A stretch of DNA of 64,000 nt, from contig OZ024742.1 of assembly GCA_964016885.1 (NCBI GenBank), positions 29,140,001-29,204,000 on the forward strand, read 5' to 3'. The stretch comes from Eledone cirrhosa. Its lineage: Eukaryota. The position numbers and the translations under genes were made by a program. Below, in pieces: positions 53,785-64,000 of the stretch. Under the pieces are notes generated by a model, which was not told where the DNA came from, made no database searches, and saw nothing but the letters and a program-made list of their open reading frames with translations. Numbering within the stretch: position 1 is the first letter of the stretch; each line of letters begins with the position of its first letter.

Positions 53785-53998
53785 GGGCGGTGGATTGGCA
53801 GTCTCGGTAGAGGGTCGGATGCCTTGCTTTGCAGCATAGAGTTACGGCCCTTTATAACATGAGTTCAATTCCCACCGAGGTTAACTTTGCCTTTCATCCT
53901 TACGGGGTCGATAAAATAAGTCCACAGTCACGCACTGGGGTTGATTTAATCGATTCCCCCCTCCCCCAAATTGCTGGCCTTCTTTCTATATAAGAAAG
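53785..53998 (+). mobile_element. SINE family 2 copy
   Basis: ggcggtggattggcag...gagttcaattcc...tttgcctttcatccttacggggtcgataaa. Confidence 0.88.
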
Positions 53999-54157
53999 AT
54001 ATTAATTAAAACAGGAATGGCTTCTACAGGACTAGAACTGTTTCATCCGTATGAAATGCCAGGAATGGCAAGTGACATCACTTAGATTTCCTAGTGATGT
54101 GATTGTGTGAGTGTGTGTATGTACATGTGTGCACGTGTTTATTCTTACATATATATA

Positions 54158-54485
54158 CATGGCTTAGTGGTTAGAGCATTGGCCTTGCAATCGAAAGGTT
54201 GTGAGTTCAATTCTCAGACCGGGTGATGTGTTGTTTCCTTGAGCAGGACACTTTATTTCACATTGCTCCAGTTTATTCAGCTGTAGAAATGAGATGATAG
54301 GGACAGGGGCCCATATCATTCCACTGCAAAGATGTCGTGGAGGTGCCATGGCAAAAAAGCACCCAGCACTCAGTGTAAATGAGGTTGGTGTTAGGAAGGG
54401 CATCCAGCTGTAGAAATCAAGCCAGAACCAGTTCCTGTCCCACCCTTGCAAGCAGGGAAAAAGCGGACGTAAAATGAAATGAAAT
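54158..54485 (+). mobile_element. SINE family 1 head with a different 3' tail
   Basis: First about 160 bp match 39408-39570; then ggttggtgttaggaagggcatccagctgtagaaa...cggacgtaaaatg. Confidence 0.82.
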
Positions 54486-54498
54486 GAAAATTAAATGA

Positions 54499-54529
<31 letters not shown>

Positions 54530-54599
54530 CATATACATATATATATTTGTTTACACATATACATATGTGTGGATATATATACGCACATATATATATATA

Positions 54600-54637
<38 letters not shown>

Positions 54638-54644
54638 CATATGT

Positions 54645-54682
<38 letters not shown>

Positions 54683-54684
<2 letters not shown>

Positions 54685-55578
54685 GGTGGCTGCCAACTCG
54701 TTTTCGAGTACGGCCACTAATTTATATCCATGTAGGAGAACCCCTACCGATGCGCTGAACGAATGTGACTTTTTAGTCCAGCTAGTGACTTGAAAACTCT
54801 GGTAAAAACACTACACTTGTGACAATTATTGACACATAGTGCTGGGCCCATGGTACCATGTGACGACAAGTGCAGAGAGATCTCCAGATATAAAGCAATG
54901 CCTGTGCCGTGAAGCTTTTATAGTGAGCAAAGGCACTGCACAATATATACATACATAATACCTACATACATTGTGGCTGCCAACTCGTTTTCGAGTACGG
55001 CCACTACTTTATATCCATGTAGGAGAACCCCTACCAATGCGCTGAACGAGTGTGACTTTTTAGTCCAGCCACCGACTTGAAAACTCTGGTACAAACACTA
55101 CACTTGTGACAATTATTGACACATAGTGCTGGGCCCATGGTACCATGTGACGACAAGTGCAGAGAGATCTCCAGATATAAAGCAATGCCTGTGCCGTGAA
55201 GCTTTTATAGTGAGCAAAGGCACTGCACAAAGCCAGTCCCACTCTCTTAACCAAGATGATATTTACCAAAAAGAAGAACAAGTCAACATCATTGGATATC
55301 ATCAGAGTTGCAGGTGTTACATCAGAGTTTTCCTCCTCCTAGAATTCTGCCTTGACAAAGGCTAAGGAGTCATCTCTCCCGGTGATTTTGGATGGCCATT
55401 GACTCTTAAGAGCTCCTTTGCCCTTTGACAGGTTTTGTTTTTAGTCCTGCAGGATGTCCAAAGTCACCCTCCTCACCAAGAAACCTTGGTGGGGTTGCCA
55501 GTTTAGTCGCCAACGACCCGACCATGAGACAGGTTGTACTGGGATACATGTTACCAGTAGCACCAACTGGTGACCTGA
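54683..55578 (-). mobile_element. Two RTE-derived non-autonomous elements (54683-54942 partial; 54971-55578 longest copy)
   Basis: Reverse-complement match to 51943-52275; flanked by (CATA)n. Confidence 0.85.
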
Positions 55579-55616
55579 CATACATACATACATACATACA
55601 TACATACATACATACA

Positions 55617-55647
<31 letters not shown>

Positions 55648-55677
55648 CTATACATACATACACACACACATACACAA

Positions 55678-55724
<47 letters not shown>

Positions 55725-55822
55725 CACACGCACGCACGCACACACACGCAAATATATATATTTGCGTGTGTGTGTGTATGTATATATATGTGTGTATGTG
55801 TGTATTAAAATATATATATATT

Positions 55823-56487
55823 TATATATATCCGAAATAAATTAAATTAAATTAAATTAAGGGAGTCATGTCCGAGATATGCGCCATATCCACCGTAGAA
55901 TAAGCTCAAAGATTCCAATGAATAGATCCGAGCTTTTTATATCAACTAGAAATAGATTGACATACATATATTTAAAATAAACACATGAAACAATCACAGG
56001 GGATAATTTGTAAAGTTTCTAATTACACATAGCTAGGTAGGTAACTAATTGAAGTTTAACTAGAGCTTCAAATATTACCTTTTAAAAAATGATTAATCCT
56101 GCTTGTATATATTTCATTAAAGAAATATATTTCACCATTAATCCGTAAAGTCACAGTAGTCAAATCTTGGATCTTCAGAAAGGGGGAAGATTTAACTATC
56201 TGTGTTTACACATCAAATACAAATCTGCGAGTGACCCGTGGCACGTGTTGCAATTCTAAAACGACTAACAACATGCTAACGTCCTCCCATTGGCGTGAAT
56301 AGGGTGATCGACAGCTATAAATAGCAGCCGAGTCCTTTCAACCGATTTAGCTCTACAATTAAGGAGAAGTTTATATATCCAAAATAAATTTAATTTAATT
56401 AAATTAAATGCGCCATATCCACCGTAGAATCAGCTCAAAGATTCCAATGAATAGATCCGAGCATTTTATATCAACTAGAAATTGATT

Positions 56488-56493
<6 letters not shown>
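55823..56493 (-). mobile_element. Short non-coding element with 120-140-bp terminal direct repeats and a hammerhead-like core
   Basis: gcgccatatccaccgtagaat...tagaaat.gattgacata in both 55823-55964 and 56371-56493; CTGAAGA...GAAA on the minus strand at 56092-56186. Confidence 0.7.
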
Positions 56494-56528
<35 letters not shown>

Positions 56529-56551
56529 TTGTGTGTGCGTGCGTGTGTGTA

Positions 56552-56604
<53 letters not shown>

Positions 56605-56770
56605 GTCCTAATAACTTAATTTAGTTATTATTGCACCGACGTGAGGTATAAAAATGATTTTTAATGCAATGAAATATCTATGATCGTCGGCAAATCACTG
56701 ATGAGGGACTTATATTATTTTATTACATGTTATCCATGTGCAACCAGCAGTATTCTTCTCCCCATTTTTT

Positions 56771-56808
<38 letters not shown>

Positions 56809-56820
56809 TATGTATGTATG

Positions 56821-56896
<76 letters not shown>

Positions 56897-56908
56897 TATG
56901 TATGTATG

Positions 56909-56980
<72 letters not shown>

Positions 56981-57127
56981 CATACATACATATCTATACA
57001 TACATACACACACACAATAAATAATCCAGCATAGAAAACGGGGAAAATAATACAATACAATACAAACAATGATGATATATATATTTGTGTGCGCGTGTGT
57101 GTGTGTATGTGTGTATATATATCTATG

Positions 57128-57205
<78 letters not shown>

Positions 57206-58147
57206 CATACATATCTATATATACGTACACACACAATAAATAATCCAGCATGGAAAACGGGGTAAACAATACAATACAATGATGATATATATATATTAGT
57301 TTAACTTTTGATATTGTAGGAAAAGAGAGCCATATATGGATAGATATACTCACGTGTATGTATGTGGTGGGTGGAGGGGGAGGGGCATGTGTCACTGCAT
57401 GTCTGCTTTAATGTATCAATGATTGTGTGTGTGTTAACTCCTTTCATGTGAATATCTAAGAATCTGTACATGAACACACATACACAAACGCACACATACG
57501 CAAACTCGCACATACACAAACGCATACATACACAAACTCACACGTACACAAACGCACACATATAAATACTCACACATGCACAAACGCACACTTACACAAA
57601 CTCACACATGCACAAACGCACACATACCAAATACAGAGATGCCCAAATGCACAGACACACAGACACATGCACACGTATCTTCACATTCACTTTTAAATAC
57701 ACTCACTCGTATAAAAACACCAACAGACACACATTCACATACATGCATTCACAGATCTACACTTGCATACACAAATACAAACACTCTCGTAGAACATGTG
57801 TTTGCACATGAGACCTAATGGCTAGCTGGCGGCTTTTATTATCATTTAGAAGAAAAATTCTCTAAAATTTAAATATGTTCCACTGTGATCCTGTAAAGGA
57901 AACTGCTATATAGCAGACGTCATTATGAAAACAAGAAGTTAAAAAAATATATTTTTGGCAATCAGTTATCAAAATTTACATTCTACTTATTTTTGTAGTT
58001 CTAGTTTTAGAAAGAAGAAATATATTGATTACGACACTGAATAAAGTCGCGTTTCTTCTTCATTATGTTAAGTTCGTTGTTGTAGCACAGATTTGCTTGC
58101 TAGCAAATCACTCTGAACACATTTAACTTACAGATCTGTGTTGTCTG

Positions 58148-58184
<37 letters not shown>

Positions 58185-59194
58185 TAAAAAACAAAGCAAA
58201 CAGACAAACAAAAAAATGAAAGAGAAATCCAGTCAAGAAGAACAGGGTTGGCAGCTGCCGTGATTTATTTCAATGAAAAATCCGTGGTATTGTTGTGTTC
58301 ACTGATTTTACTGAAATGTGTGGGGCATGGTTGTTTTTATAGAATATAAGGCGGATTGTAAGAACTACTGATTTCAGTGAAATTTAATGAGTGGCATGTG
58401 GATGACTTTATACAATATGAGACGAGGATTTTACCGTTTTCAAGAAAATTCCATGCAAAGGATATGGCTGTTTTTACGGCATTCGAAGCGTGAAAACGAA
58501 AACAAAAAGAAAAGAAAATTGGTGATTCCAATGAAATAGCATATGTGGGCATGGCTATTTACACGGCATTCGTAACTGGGGAAAAAGTCTATTGCTGAAT
58601 TCAGCGAAATTAAACGCGAGAGTAATGGCTGTTTTTACGGAACTGGTAGCTAATTTTTAAGCTACTGCTAATGTCGGCGAAATTAAATCTGTAGAACGTG
58701 GTTGACTCTTTTTACGACATAGCGACCAGAACTATTCACCAATTGCTTTGAAATTAAAAGAGTGGAGTGTGTCGATTCTATGGCATTCGGGGCGGGAAAT
58801 AGATATGACTACAATACTATGCTTTTCCAAATGAAAATTTTAGTAAAAAGAAAAATAGTGATATTTGATATATGTTATCGAATTTCGCTGAAAGTCGCTT
58901 GGTCGTGCAGACATAAATATTGATTTATTTTGATGAAGCACACGACCAAGTACTGAAAGAGTTGGAATATAATCGATTAATACCTATCCCGTATTCTATT
59001 ACTGGTACTTTTTTATTGACCTCAAAGTGATGAAAATCAAAACATTCTCAACAATATTTCAACATAGATTGTTTAAAAAACGATATTAAGTCTGGTCAGG
59101 TTTCGCCATCTGGCGCTTCTACTGCTATTTCAACGAAATTGCTGCTGTGTCTATATATAAATATTACCATTATGCGTATTCTTTCCGAGGTCTT

Positions 59195-59587
59195 TGGATT
59201 GATGGTATCGGTAGAGCATCGGACAACATTCTTTGTGATATATAGGTATGTCATTTTGTCATTTTACGTTCTGAGTTCAAATTCTACCGAGGTTAACTTT
59301 GCCTTTCATCATTACTTTATTTTTAAAGTACCAGTAACACTCTGGGCACGATTTAAATGACTTTCCCCTTTCCTTTCAATTGCGGCCTAAATCAGAAACC
59401 GTTATTTGTAGGCAGTATCGGTAGAGGGTTGGACGCCATGCTTTGATGCATAGAGTTACGGCCCTTGCCATTCTGAGTTCAAATCCCGCCTAGGTTAACT
59501 TTGCCTTTCATCCTTACGGGGTCGATAAAATAAAGTACCAGTAATGCACTGGGATAATTGCTGGCCTTGTGCCAAAAGTAGAAACAG
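59195..59587 (+). mobile_element. Two tandem SINE family 2 copies
   Basis: ctgagttcaaat...ttaactttgcctttcatc...aaagtaccagtaa occurs twice. Confidence 0.85.
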
Positions 59588-59964
59588 TTATTTGTAATTA
59601 TTCTATATTCAAGGAATACATTTGGTGAGACATTATTGTAAGACCATACTTTCGTTCGAGATATTTTACATACGTGTCATGTAATGTTCGAGCAGAGATT
59701 GAACCAGGATTCATATATTTAAATCAATTGATATACAAATTTTCTTCTTATCTTACGAGTACTTTATTACAATTAACAATTTAGATATGGTAATTAATTT
59801 TTCAGAATATCCTTGTCGCAAAAAATATCGTGAAAATTTATACTATTTTTAAATTGAATACGTATGTTTATAAAATTGTATGTCGATCAGTATTGATTAT
59901 TGGTGACTTCTATTCTCGGCATACTTTGGCAAAATCAATTAGTAACGAATCCAAGAAATCACTG

Positions 59965-60125
59965 GAGGCCTCAACGTAAAGCCAACTCCCCGTACTAATT
60001 TGGTCTCGGTCACCATCTGTTGTACAATAAAAACTGACTGAGGAGACCAAGAAACCATTCAAGGACTCAATATAGGCAACCTCCCCGTTCTAATTTGGTC
60101 TCGGTCACCATCTGTTGTACTATAA
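59965..60125. repeat. Short direct duplication
   Basis: ctccccgt.ctaatttggtctcggtcaccatctgttgtac.ataa occurs twice about 95 bp apart. Confidence 0.85.
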
Positions 60126-60391
60126 CAATGCTATCCCTCTCCAATCGATACAAAATAAGTTAAATGATGTTTGTTAACTGACGTGTAAAAAGATGACACA
60201 TGCTCTCTCTCTCACACACAAACTCTGTCTTTAACACTCTCTCTCTCTCACACTCTCTCTCTTTCCCCCTCTCTCTCTCTCACACACATACACACACACA
60301 CTCTATCTATCTCACTCACTTACTCACTGTCTCTTTCTCTCAATCATTCTCTCTCGCACTCTCACTCTCACTCTCTCTTTTACTCACTCAC

Positions 60392-60430
<39 letters not shown>

Positions 60431-60501
60431 CTCCCTCACCCTCTTTCTCTTTCTCGCTCTCTCTCTCACACACACTCCCTCACTCACCCTCTCTCTCTCT
60501 T

Positions 60502-60545
<44 letters not shown>

Positions 60546-60667
60546 AGTCACTCACACTCACAGAGCCGGCTTTTAGTCGCAAGCAATTTGCCCTCAAATT
60601 TCATCCGTTTGAAATAATGGGGGCTACATTAAACATAGGAGATGCTGATGTAGAAAATGACGGACAA

Positions 60668-63620
60668 TCATAACTAGGACATGGTGGATGAGATATTTAC
60701 TAGTTAAATAATAACAGTAACAGGACAAGTCATAACTAGGACATGGTGGATGAGATGTTTACTAGTTAAATAATAACAGTAACAGGACAAGTCATAACTA
60801 GGACATGATGGATGAGATGTTTACTAGTTAAATAATAACAGTAGCAGGACAAGTCATAACTAGGACATGGTGGATGAGATGTTTACTAGTTAAATAATAA
60901 CAGTAACAGGACAAGTCTTAACTAGGACATGGTGGATGAGATGTTTACTAGTTAAATAATAACAGTAACAGGACAAGTCATAACTAGGACATGGTGGATG
61001 AGATGTTTACTAGTTAAATAATAACAGTAACAGGACAAGTCATAACTAGGACATGGTGGATGAGATGTTTACTAGTTAAATAATAACAGTAACAGGACAA
61101 GTCATAACTAGGACATGGTGGATGAGATGTTTACTAGTTAAATAATAACAGTAACAGGACAAGTCATAACTAAGACATGGTGGATGAGATGTTTACTAGT
61201 TAAATAATAACAGTAACAGGACAAGACATAACTAGGACATGGTGGATGAGATGTTTACTAGTTAAATAATAACAATAACAGGACAAGTCATAACTAGGGC
61301 ATGGTGGATGAGATGTTTACTAGTTAAATAATAACAGTAACAGGACAAGTCTTAACTAGGACATGGTGGATGAGATGTTTACTAGTTAAATAATAACAGT
61401 AACAGGACAAGTCATAACTAGGACATGGTGGATGAGATGTTTACTAGTTAAATAATAACAGTAATAGGACAAGTCTTAACTAGGACATGGTGGATGAGAT
61501 GTTTACTAGTTAAATAATAACAGTAACAGGACAAGTCATATCTAGGACATGATGGATGAGAGATTTACTAGTTAAATAATGACAGTAACAGGACAAGTCA
61601 TAACTAGGACATGGTGGATGAGAGATTTACTAGTTAAATAATAACAGTAACAGGACAAGTCATAACTAGGACATGGTGGATGAGAGATTTACTAGTTAAA
61701 TAATAACAGTAACAGTACAAGTCATAACTAGGACATGGTGGATGAGAGATTTACTAGTTAAATAATAACAGTAACAGGACAAGTCATAACTAGGACATGG
61801 TGGATGAGAGATTTACTAGTTAAATAATAACAGTAACAGGACAAGTCATAACTAGGACATGGTGGATGAGAGATTTACTAGTTAAATAATAACAGTAACA
61901 GGACAAGTCATAACTAGGACATGGTGGATGAGAGATTTACTAGTTAAATAATAACAGTAACAGGACAAGTCATAACTAGAACATGGTGGATGAGATGTTT
62001 ACTAGTTAAATAATAGCAGTAACAGGACAAGTCATAACTAGGACATGGTGGATGAGATGTTTACTAGTTAAATAATAACAGTAACAGGACAAGTCATAAC
62101 TAGGACATGGTGGATGAGATGTTTACTAGTTAAATAATAACAGTAACAGGACAAGTCATAACTAAGACATGGTGGATGAGATGTTTACTAGTTAAATAAT
62201 AACAGTAACAGGACAAGACATAACTAGGACATGGTGGATGAGATGTTTACTAGTTAAATAATAACAATAACAGGACAAGTCATAACTAGGGCATGGTGGA
62301 TGAGATGTTTACTAGTTAAATAATAACAGTAACAGGACAAGTCTTAACTAGGACATGGTGGATGAGATGTTTACTAGTTAAATAATAACAGTAACAGGAC
62401 AAGTCATAACTAGGACATGGTGGATGAGATGTTTACTAGTTAAATAATAACAGTAACAGGACAAGTCTTAACTAGGACATGGTGGATGAGATGTTTACTA
62501 GTTAAATAATAACAGTAACAGGACAAGTCATATCTAGGACATGATGGATGAGAGATTTACTAGTTAAATAATGACAGTAACAGGACAAGTCATAACTAGG
62601 ACATGGTGGATGAGAGATTTACTAGTTAAATAATAACAGTAACAGGACAAGTCATAACTAGGACATGGTGGATGAGAGATTTACTAGTTAAATAATAACA
62701 GTAACAGTACAAGTCATAACTAGGACATGGTGGATGAGAGATTTACTAGTTAAATAATAACAGTAACAGGACAAGTCATAACTAGGACATGGTGGATGAG
62801 AGATTTACTAGTTAAATAATAACAGTAACAGGACAAGTCATAACTAGGACATGGTGGATGAGAGATTTACTAGTTAAATAATAACAGTAACAGGACAAGT
62901 CATAACTAGGACATGGTGGATGAGAGATTTACTAGTTAAATAATAACAGTAACAGGACAAGTCATAACTAGGACATGGTGGATGAGAGATTTACTAGTTA
63001 AATAATAACAGTAACAGGACAAGTCATAACTAGGACATGGTGGATGAGAGATTTACTAGTTAAATTATAACAGTAACAGGACAAGTCATAACTAGGACAT
63101 GGTGGATGAGAGATTTACTAGTTAAATAATAACAGTAACAGGACAAGTCATAACTAGGACATGGTGGATGACAGGTTTACTAGTTAAATAATAAGAGTAA
63201 CAGAACAAGTCATAGCTAGGACATGATGGATGAGAGGTTTACTAGTTAAATAATAACAGAACAAGTCATAGCTAGGACATGGTGGATGAGAGGTTTACTA
63301 GTTAAATAATTGTTTCTACTTTTGGCACAAGGCCAGCAATTTTTCAGTACATTACTGGTACTTTATTTTATCGACTCCGTAAGGATGAAAGGCAAAGTTA
63401 ACCTCGGCGGGATTTGAACTCAGAATGTAAAGGGACGTAACTATGCTAGAAAGCATGGCGTCCGACCCTCTACTGATACTGGCAATTCATAACAGCAACA
63501 GAACAAGTCATAACTAAGACATGGTGTATGAGAGATTTACTAGTTAAAGCGTAACAGAACAAGTCATAGCTAGGACATCGCGTATGAGAGGTTTACTAGT
63601 TAAATAATAACAGTAACAAC
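60668..63620. repeat. 62-bp minisatellite, more than 40 copies
   Basis: Unit tcataactaggacatggtggatgagatgtttactagttaaataataacagtaacaggacaag. Confidence 0.97.
63311..63487 (-). mobile_element. SINE family 2 copy inside the 62-bp array
   Basis: Near-identical to 52797-52975. Confidence 0.88.
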
Positions 63621-63769
63621 AATAATAATAGGGCGGCTTAATGAAGGAGGATCAAAGGTTAAATAACTACATAACTAATCATAGGCGTCTTTAATTAAGA
63701 ATCATATTGGACTAAACGACAACTAACCATAGATCTTCTGAATCGGAAATATCCTGGAGCGAAACAACA

Positions 63770-63858
63770 ACTGCTACTACTACTGCTACTACTACTACTA
63801 CTGCTGCTGCTGCTGTTACTATTACTGCTGCTACTACTACTACTACTACTACTACTAG

Positions 63859-63896
<38 letters not shown>

Positions 63897-63912
63897 TTTC
63901 TACTACTACTAC
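63770..63912. repeat. (CTA/CTG)n microsatellite
   Basis: Direct reading. Confidence 0.93.
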
Positions 63913-64000
63913 ATGGGTACTGGAGAAAGAATGTCCTAGGTTTAAACATCAACATAACAATAGTTCTACTGGAGTAGTGAGGTCCTGAGGCTAAACAACA

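Noticed and set aside
56690-56760. Functional hammerhead on the plus strand
   Set aside because: CTGATGA is present but GAAA is replaced (gcaa) and the helices are weak
60668-63310. CRISPR-like array
   Set aside because: Units are contiguous and near-identical with no unique spacers; no cas genes; eukaryotic context

Overview
Repeat-saturated eukaryotic DNA with no host protein-coding gene that I can recognise. The SINE types and extreme microsatellite load suggest a cephalopod (octopus-like) genome, which is inference only. Main content: five copies of two related L1/Tx1-type non-LTR retrotransposon families (called A and B here; CCHC ORF1 plus APE-RT-zinc-finger ORF2). Their 3' ends join (TATC)n/(GATA)n microsatellite in the same register (degenerate for one copy). 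Four copies form a head-to-tail stack at 5.9-21.9 kb. One fully intact copy lies inverted at 26.0-31.7 kb. A cluster of type I hammerhead ribozyme motifs sits in short, (TA)n-embedded, terminally repeated elements at 36.3-38.2 kb, with further candidates near 54.0 and 56.1-56.8 kb; these are Penelope/retrozyme-like. Also present: RTE and R4-like LINE relics, bipartite RTE-derived elements with (TATG)n tails, two tRNA-SINE families, several minisatellites (54, 25 and 62 bp, and CAG-based), very long trinucleotide tracts, and three strong hairpins. The long low-complexity ORFs in the ORF track are repeat artefacts.
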